From positions 16,892 to 80,891 of the forward strand of contig JBAWZD010000001.1 of assembly GCA_037143195.1 (NCBI GenBank): a stretch of 64,000 bases of DNA, given 5' to 3'. The translations under genes were made by a program, and so were the position numbers. This DNA comes from a bacterium (GTDB taxonomy: Bacteria > Patescibacteriota > Minisyncoccia > Phycocordibacterales > UBA9973). This document shows positions 20,401 through 30,155 of the stretch, piece after piece (position 1 is the stretch's first letter; each line of letters opens with the position of its first letter). The notes under the pieces are model-generated. The model was not told where the DNA came from. It was given only the letters and a program-made list of their open reading frames with translations, and did no database searches.

Positions 20401-21113
20401 TGCCAAAGAACCCAGCTGTCGTATGTCATGAAGATGGAACCGTTATCGAGGTTCGTCCAAATGGAGCAGAACGTGCAATCGTTGTTCTCCATGACACAAA
20501 GGTAGATGGAAAGAGTAACGAAACAACATACGAACTTCCACCACACCGTCTTCCAATCGTGCAAAAGGGTGCAGCCGTTAAGAAGGGTGAACTCATGACA
20601 GATGGATCAGCTGACATCGCCGAAATCTTCAAGTTTGGAGGTCGCGAGCGCGCAGAAGAATACATCATTCACGAAATCAACAAGGTGTACGAATTGCAGG
20701 GTGCTTCGATCGCGCGTAAGCACATCGAAATCATCATTCGTCAGATGTTCAGTCGTAAGAAGGTTAAGGACGCTGGAGAGACAGGATTCTCACCAAGTGA
20801 GATTGTCGAAACAGTTGAACTTCTCGACGAGAACGCACTCATGAAGACACAAGGACGTACAGAAGCGAAAGCAGAGTCACTCGTGCTCGGAATCTCCGAG
20901 ACAGCGCTCACAACCAAGAGTTGGCTTTCAGCGGCATCCTTCCAGAACACGAACCGTGTGCTCATCACCAACGCAATCCGTGGTGGCGTAGATACACTTC
21001 GCGGTCTCAAGGAGAATGTCATTATCGGACGTCTCATTCCAGCAGGTACTGGATATGGTGCTCATGAAGAGCGTCCTGTTGCTCCTGAGTCAGATCAGAA
21101 GCAGGCAGAATAA
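17481..21113 (+). CDS. rpoC: RNA polymerase beta' subunit
   Basis: KPETINYRT, Zn finger, NADFDGD, GEPGTQLT, GLKENVIIG. Confidence 0.99.
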   Translation: MKTIDTNSDFESISLKLASPDRIRDWSYGEVTKPETINYRTGRSERGGLFDERIFGPEKDYECYCGKYRRIRYKDIVCEKCGVEVTRSIVRRERMGHIELATPVAHIWFLRGVPSRMSTLLNITATDLEKVIYFAGYIIMKVYQEEKDKLLKNLENEYKTKVKSSADEETKTKLKELLMTAKKEIGEIYEGKVLTEIAYHRYSLKYGTCFEASIGAEAIYAVLKNLDLKKLQEISEAAHEKASAVEREKLEKRLSLIRSMITSGIRPEWMFLTVIPVIPPALRPMVALDGGRHATSDINDLYRRVINRNNRLAKLKGIGAPDVILRNEKRILQEAVDALIDNSIARQNDSVAMNQAQRRALKSLSDNLKSKQGLFRQNLLGKRVDYSGRSVIVVGPSLKLSQCGLPKHMALELFRPFVISKLIAQELAYNIRGANRLIEDGIPEVWAILEEVIKGKRVLLNRAPTLHRLGIQAFQPVLIEGNAIQVHPLVCPAFNADFDGDQMAVYVPLSKAAQNEAEDRMASNKNLLKPQNGDPITSPRMDMALGCFWMTKVGINETGEGMMFSSPNQAITAYDFKAVSLRAKIKVLGTDSQKYQPFNKQPFETTVGRLLFNSILPEDFPFLNETINQKRLNGLVDEFIMHYGIDETPKVLDKIKTFGFTYSTKSGISWGIDNIHVPAGKPEAVKRGRAKEFEVINQYNEGLLSEEEKYRKTIEIWEGVKKEIEGMLPATLVEGSSASDMITSGARGSMSNLSQMAGMKGLIISPSGRTIDFPIVPSFKEGFSPIEYFITTHGSRKGLADTALNTAKAGYLTRRLVDVAQDVVITEEDCGTKDGKMMIKDNVLGIEIPISKTLRGRVLAADLKDKEGNIIHKRGFLVNKEEAMRLEKIGVTEAFVRSPLTCKTTYGICQACYGLDLGRNTLVKVGEAVGIVAAQAIGEPGTQLTLRTFHAGGVAGVDITAGLPRVEEIFERRLPKNPAVVCHEDGTVIEVRPNGAERAIVVLHDTKVDGKSNETTYELPPHRLPIVQKGAAVKKGELMTDGSADIAEIFKFGGRERAEEYIIHEINKVYELQGASIARKHIEIIIRQMFSRKKVKDAGETGFSPSEIVETVELLDENALMKTQGRTEAKAESLVLGISETALTTKSWLSAASFQNTNRVLITNAIRGGVDTLRGLKENVIIGRLIPAGTGYGAHEERPVAPESDQKQAE

Positions 21114-21120
21114 AAGGGGA

Positions 21121-21147
21121 GGCGCCGAGGACTTCGTCCTCGGCGCC
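21121..21147. repeat. GC-rich hairpin without a U-tract between rpoC and dnaG
   Basis: GGCGCCGAGGAC-TTC-GTCCTCGGCGCC. Confidence 0.8.
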
Positions 21148-21188
21148 GTGCGTGGGGCACATGTGTCATTGCTTTCAAAAAACAAATC

Positions 21189-22985
21189 ATGTCTTCTTCA
21201 GTTGAAAAAATTAAGGAACGACTCTCAATTGTTGATGTGATTTCTTCGTACTTAAAACTCGAAAAATCAGGAAGTAATTACAAGGCTCCGTGTCCTTTTC
21301 ACAACGAAAAAACACCGTCATTTTTTGTTTCGCCGTCACGCAATAGTTACTATTGTTTCGGCTGTGGCGCCAAAGGCGACATCTTTACGTTCGTCGAGCA
21401 GTTTGAGGGACTCGATTTCAAAGGCTCCCTCAAGCAACTCGCCGCACGTGCAGGTGTTGATCTTGAACCATATCGAGGAAGTGACCCGAAAGAAAAAAAT
21501 GAAAAAGATCGTCTCCATGAACTCATGGAAGCGGCGTGTGCGTTCTATCAATCCGAATTGAAAACATGTTCTGATGCACTCGCATATCTCACGAAGCGTG
21601 GTGTCAAAGATATGACGCTCGCACATTTTCGTATCGGGTATGCGCCAAAAGAATGGCGCGCACTTGCGAACGCACTTCGCAAACAAGGCTTCACTGATAC
21701 TGAGATTGTGCTCGCTGGTCTCGCGAAACATCCTGACGAAAATCCAAGTGGCGATATCTATGATCGCTTCCGCGATCGAGTCATGTTCCCAATCAGTGAC
21801 ACGAGTGGACGCATCATCGCCTTTAGTGGACGAATGCTTCATGATGATGGTTCTGGAATGCAGGGAAAATATATCAACTCACCAGAGACGCCGATCTTCA
21901 AAAAGGGAAGTACACTCTACGGGCTTGATAAGGCAAAGTTTGAAATCCGAAAACGTGATGCTGCTATCCTTGTCGAAGGACAAATGGATTTGGTGCTTTC
22001 GCATCAAGCAGGATTTACGAACACAGTCGCCTCAAGTGGTACAGCGCTCGGAGATTCGCTCATTGCTGATACTGACAAAGGTTTGCTCTCAGGTCTTGGC
22101 GCAGTGCATGCACTCACCAAAAATCTCATTGTTGCATTTGATGCAGACAAGGCCGGACTTCGTGCCGCCGGTCGTGCTGAGAAGATTGGATTGTCGCTTG
22201 GGATGAATGTGAAGATTGCCAAGCTTCCGTCGGGTCTTGATCCAGCAGATACAATCCTCACAAAGGGTGCAGAAGAATGGAAAAAGATTGTTGATACAGC
22301 ACAGCATATCGTCCTCTTGTATCTCTCTGTGCTCATGGAGCACCCACTCAGTGAGCTCACACGCGCACGCGCAATTCGAGACAAGATATTGCCGTATATC
22401 GCAGTGATGCCGAGTGCTGTTGAGCGAGTGCACTTCATCCGTGAGATTGCCGTAAAGACCGGTATTCCTGAGGAAGCACTAGCTGAAGATGTTGTTCGAT
22501 TGCTCGTTGCAACACCAGCATCTGCGCCTAAAAATCAGTCACCAGTGGTGCAACCAAATACGGTGAGTGCGGGAGTCGTGCGAACCACACGCATTCTTGA
22601 TCGATTGCTCGGCGTTGTGTTTTGGCAAGAGACGATTTCCGGATCTGTTATTCCGATTGATTCAGTCAAGGAACGCATCAAAAGTATCATTGGCGCCGAA
22701 TCATTTGAACGTATGATGACGATGCCGAATGACAAAAAAAATGAACGTATTTTTGAAGTCGAACTTGTGTATCAAGATTCAAAAGATTTGAAAGAAGACG
22801 TTGAAGAATTACTCGATAATTTGGAAGAAGAAACGCTCGGAAGAGCACTCGAGGCTTTGATGGCAAAGATGTCGCATGCTGAGAGAGGTGAAGACGGCGA
22901 GGTCCTTCAATCCTTGCTCGCCGAATCACAGAAGATAAGCGCACGCCTCAATACCATTAAAAGCAGTCGATTTTTACATAATTAA
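21189..22985 (+). CDS. dnaG: DNA primase
   Basis: [45 protein letters not shown]. Confidence 0.97.
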   Translation: MSSSVEKIKERLSIVDVISSYLKLEKSGSNYKAPCPFHNEKTPSFFVSPSRNSYYCFGCGAKGDIFTFVEQFEGLDFKGSLKQLAARAGVDLEPYRGSDPKEKNEKDRLHELMEAACAFYQSELKTCSDALAYLTKRGVKDMTLAHFRIGYAPKEWRALANALRKQGFTDTEIVLAGLAKHPDENPSGDIYDRFRDRVMFPISDTSGRIIAFSGRMLHDDGSGMQGKYINSPETPIFKKGSTLYGLDKAKFEIRKRDAAILVEGQMDLVLSHQAGFTNTVASSGTALGDSLIADTDKGLLSGLGAVHALTKNLIVAFDADKAGLRAAGRAEKIGLSLGMNVKIAKLPSGLDPADTILTKGAEEWKKIVDTAQHIVLLYLSVLMEHPLSELTRARAIRDKILPYIAVMPSAVERVHFIREIAVKTGIPEEALAEDVVRLLVATPASAPKNQSPVVQPNTVSAGVVRTTRILDRLLGVVFWQETISGSVIPIDSVKERIKSIIGAESFERMMTMPNDKKNERIFEVELVYQDSKDLKEDVEELLDNLEEETLGRALEALMAKMSHAERGEDGEVLQSLLAESQKISARLNTIKSSRFLHN

Positions 22986-23017
22986 TTATTAGCGATCAGT
23001 TTGTTTTTAAACAATTT

Positions 23018-24319
23018 ATGGCAAAGAAAAAAGAAGTAAAAAAGAAGGTTGTTGCGAAGAAGCCTGCACCAAAACAGGCCGCTTCGAAGGCTGTCAAAAA
23101 GCCTGCAAAGAAAGTTGCTGTCAAAAAAGCTCCGGCTCCAAAAGTTGCGAAAGCGAAAAAGGTAGTCGTAAAAAAGCCTGTTCGCCAAAAGGCACAGAAG
23201 GGCAGTGGAGCAATTGCTGCAGGACGTGTTGCTGCCAAGAAACAGCAAAAAGGCAAAATGACACCGACTGATCGCGCCGATGATCTCGTGATGAAAGGGA
23301 AGAAGCGCGGATTCGTCACGTTCGACGAAATCTTGCGTTCGTTCCCAAACATTGAGACGAATATCGACTTCCTCGATGAACTCTACGAGAAACTCACGAC
23401 CGCTGGTATTGATGTACTCGAAGGAGGAAATTTGCTCGATATCGACCTCGCTGAAGGTGACCACAAAGATGAGAAGAGTGACTCAAGTTATGACTCAATC
23501 CAAATGTATCTCAAAGAGATTGGTCAGTACCCACTCATTCAAGCAGGGGAAGAAAAGGAACTTGCAAAACGAATTCAAGCAGGTGACATGGAAGCCAAAA
23601 ATCTTCTTGCCCGTGCGAACCTTCGTCTCGTGGTTTCGATTGCTAAGAAATATGTTGGACGTTCAAGTGATTTGACGCTCCTCGACCTCATTCAAGAAGG
23701 GAACCTCGGTCTCTTCAAGGCCGTTGAGAAATTCGATTGGACAAAGGGATACAAATTCTCAACATACGCAACATGGTGGATTCGTCAATCAATCACTCGA
23801 GCGCTCGCCGACCAATCACGTACGATTCGTATTCCGGTGCACATGGTTGAAACTATCTCAAAATACAAACAGGTCTACCGCCGTCTCGCACAAGACCTCG
23901 GCCGTGATCCACTTGCCGAAGAAATTGCAACTGAAATGGGTATCGATGTTGAAAAAGTTCACGTCATTGAAAATATTTCTCAGGACACCGTTTCGCTCGA
24001 ACAGCCAATCGGTGATGATGATGAAAAATCAACTCGTGGAGAATTCATTGCTGACGACAAGATTCTTCGTCCAGACCAAGAAGCATCACGACGCATTCTC
24101 ACCGATCAGATTCGTGGCGTGCTCGAAGAACTCTCACCAAAGGAGCGCAAGATTCTTGAGATGCGTTACGGTCTCTCTGATGGGGTACAACACACGCTCG
24201 AAGAAGTGGGCACAGAGTTTGGTGTGACGCGTGAACGTATTCGTCAGATTGAGGCGAAGGTACATGAGAAACTTCGCACTCACGAGCGCATTCTCCGTTT
24301 GAAGAATTATTTTGATTAA
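23018..24319 (+). CDS. rpoD: Primary sigma factor with Lys/Ala-rich N-terminal tail
   Basis: [44 protein letters not shown]; directly follows dnaG. Confidence 0.95.
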   Translation: MAKKKEVKKKVVAKKPAPKQAASKAVKKPAKKVAVKKAPAPKVAKAKKVVVKKPVRQKAQKGSGAIAAGRVAAKKQQKGKMTPTDRADDLVMKGKKRGFVTFDEILRSFPNIETNIDFLDELYEKLTTAGIDVLEGGNLLDIDLAEGDHKDEKSDSSYDSIQMYLKEIGQYPLIQAGEEKELAKRIQAGDMEAKNLLARANLRLVVSIAKKYVGRSSDLTLLDLIQEGNLGLFKAVEKFDWTKGYKFSTYATWWIRQSITRALADQSRTIRIPVHMVETISKYKQVYRRLAQDLGRDPLAEEIATEMGIDVEKVHVIENISQDTVSLEQPIGDDDEKSTRGEFIADDKILRPDQEASRRILTDQIRGVLEELSPKERKILEMRYGLSDGVQHTLEEVGTEFGVTRERIRQIEAKVHEKLRTHERILRLKNYFD

Positions 24320-24330
24320 AGTCTAGCGAA

Positions 24331-24370
24331 AGCGCGAAAAAACCCTTCTGTAGAAGGGTTTTTTCGCGCT
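24331..24370 (+). terminator. Intrinsic terminator
   Basis: AGCGCGAAAAAACCCTTCT-GT-AGAAGGGTTTTTTCGCGCT. Confidence 0.85.
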
Positions 24371-24405
24371 TGTTGCGCACTTTTGTTTTGTATGGTATTA
24401 TATGC

Positions 24406-25671
24406 ATGTATTTGTTCTCACCAAATGTCCGTATGCACACAGTGAAAGAACAAGCCGAAAAGGCAAAACAAGCATCTCATATCTTGCGCAAAGCTTCGAG
24501 CACCGCAAAAAACGAGTTTCTTCGAGTGCTCGCACTTGAGCTTGAACAGAAACTTCCACTCATTCTTTCCGAAAACCAAATTGATCTCGATGAAAATCCA
24601 ACCATCACAAGCGCTATGCGAAAGCGTTTGCTTTTGAGTGAGCAGGGGCTCACCAGTATCATTGCGGGTGTCAGAGAAATGCTCGACTTTCCAGATCCTG
24701 TTGGGTCAATCGTCAAAGACACCGTTCGCCCTGACGGGCTCCGTATCAAAAAAGTCCGCGCTCCGATTGGAGTCATCGCCTGTATTTTTGAATCACGTCC
24801 AAACGTCATCATTGATGTCGCAATTTTGTGTGTCAAAAGTGGCAACGCCGTCATTGTGCGCGGTGGTAAGGAAGCAGCTCACTCAAACACAATTTTGCTC
24901 TCATGTATCGAAACGGCACTCAAAGCCTCAGGCCTTCCAACTGAATCCGTACAACAGCTCGAAGATCGTCGTCACGAAGCAGTATACGAACTCGTCGCAA
25001 TGGAAGAATACCTCGACCTTGTCATTCCCCGTGGACGCAAGGAGCTCATTGATGCAGTCTCGGCACACTCACGTGTGCCTGTTATGAAGCATTCTCGGGG
25101 ACTCTGTCATTGCTATATCGACATTGATGCAAATCCTGAAAAAGCAGTTGCGATTGCGGTGAATGCAAAGACTTCAAATCCTGCAACGTGTAACTCAATC
25201 GAAACGATTCTCGTCCACAAAGATATCGCGGACAGTGTCATGCCAGAATTGCTCAAACAATTGTTCGCCAAGAACGTTGAAGTACGTGGTGATGAGAAAA
25301 CTCGAGCATATTCACCACTCTGTAAAGTTGCGACCGAAGACGACTGGGCAGAAGAATATCTCGACCTCGTCGTTTCGATTAAAGTTGTCGATTCATATGC
25401 CGATGCGATTCACCACATCGATACATATAGCTCGCATCTCACTGATTCTATCGTGACTGAAAACAAAACGACGGCACAAACATTTGAACTTGATATTGAT
25501 AGCGCTTCAGTGCTCGTGAATGCTTCAAATCGATTGACCGACGGAGGAGTGTTCGGACTCGGTGGTGAAATCGGTATCAGTACCTGCCGTATTCACATGC
25601 GTGGGCCAATGGGTCTTGAAGACCTTACCGTAACGAAATATATCGTCGAAGGTGACGGACATATTCGTTAA
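24406..25671 (+). CDS. proA: Gamma-glutamyl phosphate reductase (start may be 24433)
   Basis: PIGVIACIFESRPNV, RGGKEAAHSN, ATCNSIET, TDGGVFGLGGEIGIST..HMRGPMGL. Confidence 0.95.
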   Translation: MYLFSPNVRMHTVKEQAEKAKQASHILRKASSTAKNEFLRVLALELEQKLPLILSENQIDLDENPTITSAMRKRLLLSEQGLTSIIAGVREMLDFPDPVGSIVKDTVRPDGLRIKKVRAPIGVIACIFESRPNVIIDVAILCVKSGNAVIVRGGKEAAHSNTILLSCIETALKASGLPTESVQQLEDRRHEAVYELVAMEEYLDLVIPRGRKELIDAVSAHSRVPVMKHSRGLCHCYIDIDANPEKAVAIAVNAKTSNPATCNSIETILVHKDIADSVMPELLKQLFAKNVEVRGDEKTRAYSPLCKVATEDDWAEEYLDLVVSIKVVDSYADAIHHIDTYSSHLTDSIVTENKTTAQTFELDIDSASVLVNASNRLTDGGVFGLGGEIGISTCRIHMRGPMGLEDLTVTKYIVEGDGHIR

Positions 25672-25675
25672 ATCT

Positions 25676-26752
25676 ATGAACAAAGACCTTTACATCATTA
25701 AGATTGGAACGAATGCCTTGGTGAATGCCGATGGCACCATTATTGATTCGAGTGTTACTGAAATTTTACAGACAGCCAAAGAGGCTATGGCCCGTGGCAC
25801 GAACGTGCTTGTCGTCACGAGTGGCGCCGCTCGTCTTGGGAGACTTGCACTTAACGACCTCACTGCTCCAAAAAAAGTTGCCACCTGTGTCGGTCAGCCG
25901 ATTCTCTTTAGTGCTTGGCAGGAGCGTGCCAAGAAAGAACATATTATCCTCGCTGAATTTTTGATTTCACGCTCATCAATCATTCGCAAAGAATTATTCA
26001 TGTTGCTCCGTGATACGTTCAATAGTTTGTTTGAGCGCGGGATTATTCCTGTCGTGAATGAAAATGATGTAATGGTCAACGGCACCAACCTATCATTCGG
26101 AGAGGGAGGTAACGACAGTCTTGCCCAAGTCCTCGCTGTTGCTCTCAAAGCGACCAAACTCATCATCGTTTCAGATATCGAAGGCCTGTGTGATAGCGAC
26201 CCACGAGAGAACCCAAACGCAAAAGTGATTGCTGAAGTCGATGATATTACAGAGAAATTCATTAGTCTCTGTTCCAAGAGTAAATCTTCGCACAGTACCG
26301 GTGGTATGCTCTCGAAGCTTAAAGCGATTCGTATTTGTACCGCAGTCGGAGTCGAGTCATATATCGTGAGTGGATTGAAGCACGGCAATCTCACGCGTGT
26401 CATGCGCGGGGAACAAGCAGGAACCAAATTCCTGTCTCGACCACTCGGTAAAAAAGTTACAGAACGAGAACGCTGGATTTTGGCTGCAAAGAGTTCGACG
26501 GGTTCGATTGTTATCGACAAGGGAGCAGTCGAGGCTGTACAAAACGGGGCGAGCTTGCTCGCTGTTGGCGTCAAAAAAGTGTATGGGTATTTTAACGAAA
26601 AGGAGGTGATTGAAATCGTTGATCAAAAAAATCAGGGTATCGCATTTGGTATTGTCGATATGTCGTGCGTTGAGATTGACGCAATGCTTCGTACCAAAGA
26701 TATGCACCAGAAGTTGCTCGTGCATGCCAATAATTTGTTTTTGCTCAAATAA
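25676..26752 (+). CDS. proB: Glutamate 5-kinase with PUA domain
   Basis: IIKIGT, VTSGA, IPVVNEND, NDSLA, SDIEGL, TGGMLSKL, SLLAVG. Confidence 0.95.
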   Translation: MNKDLYIIKIGTNALVNADGTIIDSSVTEILQTAKEAMARGTNVLVVTSGAARLGRLALNDLTAPKKVATCVGQPILFSAWQERAKKEHIILAEFLISRSSIIRKELFMLLRDTFNSLFERGIIPVVNENDVMVNGTNLSFGEGGNDSLAQVLAVALKATKLIIVSDIEGLCDSDPRENPNAKVIAEVDDITEKFISLCSKSKSSHSTGGMLSKLKAIRICTAVGVESYIVSGLKHGNLTRVMRGEQAGTKFLSRPLGKKVTERERWILAAKSSTGSIVIDKGAVEAVQNGASLLAVGVKKVYGYFNEKEVIEIVDQKNQGIAFGIVDMSCVEIDAMLRTKDMHQKLLVHANNLFLLK

Positions 26753-26761
26753 TATTTTGCT

Positions 26762-27571
26762 ATGAAAAACTCACAACACATCTGTATCATTGGTGCTGGC
26801 GCAATGGGTGGAGCTATCGCGGGAGCCCTCGCAATCGGAGCAAACAAAAACGATTGGAAGATTACCGTTATTGCTCGACACATGGAAAAGCTTGAGCCAC
26901 TCAAGCGCGCACATCGTTCGATTGGCGTTACAACCTCGTACAAGGTACTTGCCGATGCTAGTGTGGTAATCGTTGCGGTCAAACCACAATCGTTTGATGA
27001 GCTTGCAGGGGAGATAGCTCCGATTGTGAATCAAGAAGCACTGCTTATCTCCGTTATGGCGGGACGATCGATTACAAGCATCGCAAAAAAAATGCCAAAC
27101 AAGCGCATTGTTCGCGCGATGCCAAACCTCGGTGCGCAATTTTTCGAATCGATGACTATCTGGACGGGAAGTGGACTCACCAAAAATGACAGTTTGTTTA
27201 CAAAAAAAATGCTCGGGTCATTCGGCGAAGAATTGTGTGTTGCGAGCGAAGATGCTGTCGATAAATCTACGGCCGTATCGGCGAGTGGAGTTGGATTTTT
27301 TGCATACATCGTGGAGGCATATATTCGCGAGACTGAGTCGCTCGGATTTTCGTATTTCGATGCGGAACGTATCGTGCTTCAAACCCTCAAAGCGACAAAT
27401 ACAATTTTGCAGAAAAAAGAAAAAACACCCGAACAGCTCCGAGTTGCAGTGACTTCAAAGGGAGGAACAACAGAGGCAGGACTCTCGGTGCTCATGGGTA
27501 AGTCGCTCGGAACACTGCTCCAAAAAACATTTAAAAAAGCATACCAGCGTGCAAAAGCGCTTGCACGATAA
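26762..27571 (+). CDS. proC: Pyrroline-5-carboxylate reductase
   Basis: IGAGAMGGA, AVKPQ, VRAMPN, VTSKGGTTEAGL. Confidence 0.95.
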   Translation: MKNSQHICIIGAGAMGGAIAGALAIGANKNDWKITVIARHMEKLEPLKRAHRSIGVTTSYKVLADASVVIVAVKPQSFDELAGEIAPIVNQEALLISVMAGRSITSIAKKMPNKRIVRAMPNLGAQFFESMTIWTGSGLTKNDSLFTKKMLGSFGEELCVASEDAVDKSTAVSASGVGFFAYIVEAYIRETESLGFSYFDAERIVLQTLKATNTILQKKEKTPEQLRVAVTSKGGTTEAGLSVLMGKSLGTLLQKTFKKAYQRAKALAR

Positions 27572-27644
27572 AACGAGTACCGTATAATAGAGGGGAAACA
27601 TACCCATTGTAGGGTAATTATTAGTAATGTTTCGTATAAATTAT

Positions 27645-27899
27645 ATGATGAAAAAATGTATGTGTATGCCTGCAAAGGTAAGCGGTCTCCTTGTTTTTGT
27701 CGGAGGTTTGAACTGGGGTCTTGTTGGTCTTGGTATGTTCTTTGGCCACAATTGGAACCTCGTTACATTGCTCCTTGGCTCATGGCCAAAAGTTGAAGCT
27801 CTCGTCTACGTTCTCGTAGGTGTTGCAGCTGTTATGACACTCTTCGGATGCAAGTGTGCTAAGTGCAAGACTTGCATGGCAGGTGCTCAGCAGATGTAA
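27645..27899 (+). CDS. DUF378-type small membrane protein with Cys-rich ends
   Basis: LVFVGGLNWGLVG...NLV..L.G....YVLVGVAA. Confidence 0.85.
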   Translation: MMKKCMCMPAKVSGLLVFVGGLNWGLVGLGMFFGHNWNLVTLLLGSWPKVEALVYVLVGVAAVMTLFGCKCAKCKTCMAGAQQM

Positions 27900-27917
27900 T
27901 AGCTGGTTTTTGTTCAG

Positions 27918-27955
27918 AAAAGGGCGGTTTTCGCGGAGCGAAAACCGCCCTTTTT
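27918..27955 (+). terminator. Intrinsic terminator
   Basis: AAAAGGGCGGTTTTCGC-GGA-GCGAAAACCGCCCTTTTT. Confidence 0.85.
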
Positions 27956-28001
27956 CAATGGATTTCTGTGTTATTTTGTGCTATAATGCAAAAATACCGT
28001 T

Positions 28002-29249
28002 ATGGAGCAAGTGTTTAGCTTTATCTTCTATATTTTCACCTTTCTCGCCGTTTACGTCGAGGTTTTTTTTCTTGTTACGTATCTTGAACGTCGCAAGGAT
28101 ATCGTCATTCGTCTCGACGACAAACCGCATCGCGTGTATCCAAGCGTAACAGTCATTGTTCCTTGCTGGAACGAGCAGACGACAGTCCAAGGTACTGTTG
28201 AATCATTGCTCGCGCTTGATTATCCAAAAGACAAAATCAAGATTATGCTCATTGATGATGGTTCGACCGACAATACATGGAATGTGCTCCAGCAATTCGC
28301 CCATACCCCAAATATTGAAGTCATTCACAAGGAAAATGGTGGCAAACATACGGCAATGAACCTTGGTATCGAAAAGGCGACAACGGAAATGATTGGTTGT
28401 CTTGATGCTGATTCATACGTCACACCATCTGCGCTCAAGCGCATGATTCCGTACTTTGATGAGCCAACAGTCATGGCCGTTTCTCCGTCAATCATCGTCA
28501 AAGATCCCAAACGACCAATCGAGTGGGCCCAAAAAATAGAATACCAACTTTCTGTCTACATCAAGAAAATGCTCGGACTCATGAACGGTATCCATGTGAC
28601 CCCTGGGCCGTTTTCTATTTATCGCATCGAGGTATTCCAGAAGCTCGGACCATATCGTGAAGCGCACAAAACTGAAGATATGGAAATTGCATATCGCATG
28701 CACGAAGCTGGTATGCGTATCGAGCAGTGTCATGATGCGCAGGTGTTTACCAAGACCCCTCCGACGGCTGTCGCGCTCTACAAACAACGTAAGCGTTGGA
28801 TTTACGGGTTTATCAATAACACGATTGATTATCGACGTCTCATTTTCAAAGAAAAATACGGTGCGTTCGCACTCTTCACTATTCCAGCAGGTGTCATTTC
28901 TATTTTTTCTGCAATCTACCTGTTCATTTTTATGATCTATACCTTTGTAAAATTTATTTCAAATAAATTTACTGAATTTCAAGCAGTCGGTGTACATGTT
29001 GGTACCATTGTGCAACCGCAACAATTTAGTTGGTTTTACGTGAGTACACAGGCGGTATTTCTGATTACAATCCTTTTGTATGGATTCGTGTTTACGTCAC
29101 TCATGATCGGTGCAAAAATGTCGACAGGGAAGTGGAAGCCGTCGTTTGCTATGGTGTGGTACATCGCGATTTATAGTATTATTGCGCCGTTATGGATTAT
29201 ACGGGCCGTGATTAATACTGTGTTCCGACGTGAGACGGCGTGGAGATAA
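28002..29249 (+). CDS. Processive GT2 glycosyltransferase (PgaC/IcaA-like)
   Basis: IVPCWNE, DDGSTD, GGKH.AMN, DADS, TED, QRKRW and several TMs. Confidence 0.9.
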   Translation: MEQVFSFIFYIFTFLAVYVEVFFLVTYLERRKDIVIRLDDKPHRVYPSVTVIVPCWNEQTTVQGTVESLLALDYPKDKIKIMLIDDGSTDNTWNVLQQFAHTPNIEVIHKENGGKHTAMNLGIEKATTEMIGCLDADSYVTPSALKRMIPYFDEPTVMAVSPSIIVKDPKRPIEWAQKIEYQLSVYIKKMLGLMNGIHVTPGPFSIYRIEVFQKLGPYREAHKTEDMEIAYRMHEAGMRIEQCHDAQVFTKTPPTAVALYKQRKRWIYGFINNTIDYRRLIFKEKYGAFALFTIPAGVISIFSAIYLFIFMIYTFVKFISNKFTEFQAVGVHVGTIVQPQQFSWFYVSTQAVFLITILLYGFVFTSLMIGAKMSTGKWKPSFAMVWYIAIYSIIAPLWIIRAVINTVFRRETAWR

Positions 29250-29268
29250 AAATAATTAATATAACTAT

Positions 29269-29961
29269 ATGAATCAACATACTACAAAAAATACTGAACA
29301 CGATACTGGCTGGTCAAAATACCTCGTTGTTTTTCTTATTACTCTCGGCATTTTCATCACTGTTTTTTATGTGAGTGATGTCCTTACAAAACGAAAGCTT
29401 GCTGAATTGAACACGATTCAAAATAATATCTCTGTTGATTTACTCTCCGCCGAAACGCAGTATTCACTGCTTGGCGAATTGGATTGTTCTCAAGTGACGA
29501 GCACGGTGCTTTCAGACCAACTCAACGATCTTTCAAAAAAGATTGAGTATCTTGAGAATTCAAGTGGTAAATCAGATGAACTCACGCAGCTTGAAAAACA
29601 GTATTCATTGCTTGAGATCAAGGACTATCTTCTCATGAAAGAGATTACCAATCGTTGTGGTCAAAAGTCCGTTTTCATTTTGTACTTCTATACGACGAGC
29701 GACAATTGTAGCGAGTGTGTGAAGCAAGGATATGTGCTCACTGACCTTCGCCAAAAGTACCCAGCACTCCGCGTGTATTCTTTTGACTACGGTTTGAATC
29801 TCTCAGCCGTTGAGACACTCATCAAAATATACGGCATCAAAGACACAGAACTTCCAGCGCTCGTTTCAGACAGGCAAGTCTATACTGGTTTCCATAGTGT
29901 TAGCGACATCGAAAAACTCATTCCGAAATTGAAAGCTACACTTCCAAGTGTAAAAAATTAG
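29269..29961 (+). CDS. Membrane-anchored coiled-coil protein with C-terminal thioredoxin-like (CxxC) domain
   Basis: N-terminal TM; ILYFY...CSEC..QG.VL; ELPALV. Confidence 0.7.
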   Translation: MNQHTTKNTEHDTGWSKYLVVFLITLGIFITVFYVSDVLTKRKLAELNTIQNNISVDLLSAETQYSLLGELDCSQVTSTVLSDQLNDLSKKIEYLENSSGKSDELTQLEKQYSLLEIKDYLLMKEITNRCGQKSVFILYFYTTSDNCSECVKQGYVLTDLRQKYPALRVYSFDYGLNLSAVETLIKIYGIKDTELPALVSDRQVYTGFHSVSDIEKLIPKLKATLPSVKN

Positions 29962-29981
29962 AGTATACTATACTCGGCATT

Positions 29982-30146
29982 ATGGTTTCAGTAACAGAAC
30001 AAATTCAGGCTGTTTGTGATAAAGCCGTTGAAGAACTTCGTATTCTTGGCAAAGAGCGCCGAATGATAATCCGAGAATATATAAAGGAACTAGAGGCAAA
30101 GAAAATGCAAAATGTTCACGATGAGCTCAACGATTTATTGAAATAA
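29982..30146 (+). CDS. Small helical protein, 54 aa (absent from the ORF track)
   Basis: MVSVTEQIQAVCDKAVEELRILGKERRMIIREYIKELEAKKMQNVHDELNDLLK*; TATACT 7 nt upstream; fills the intergenic gap. Confidence 0.65.
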   Translation: MVSVTEQIQAVCDKAVEELRILGKERRMIIREYIKELEAKKMQNVHDELNDLLK

Positions 30147-30155
30147 TATATTTTT

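Noticed and set aside
14244-21113. Long antisense and alternate-frame ORFs over rpoB/rpoC (also over proB, uvrA, guaA and the giant gene)
   Set aside because: They are shadow ORFs from codon bias, fully overlapping clear genes and lacking motifs.
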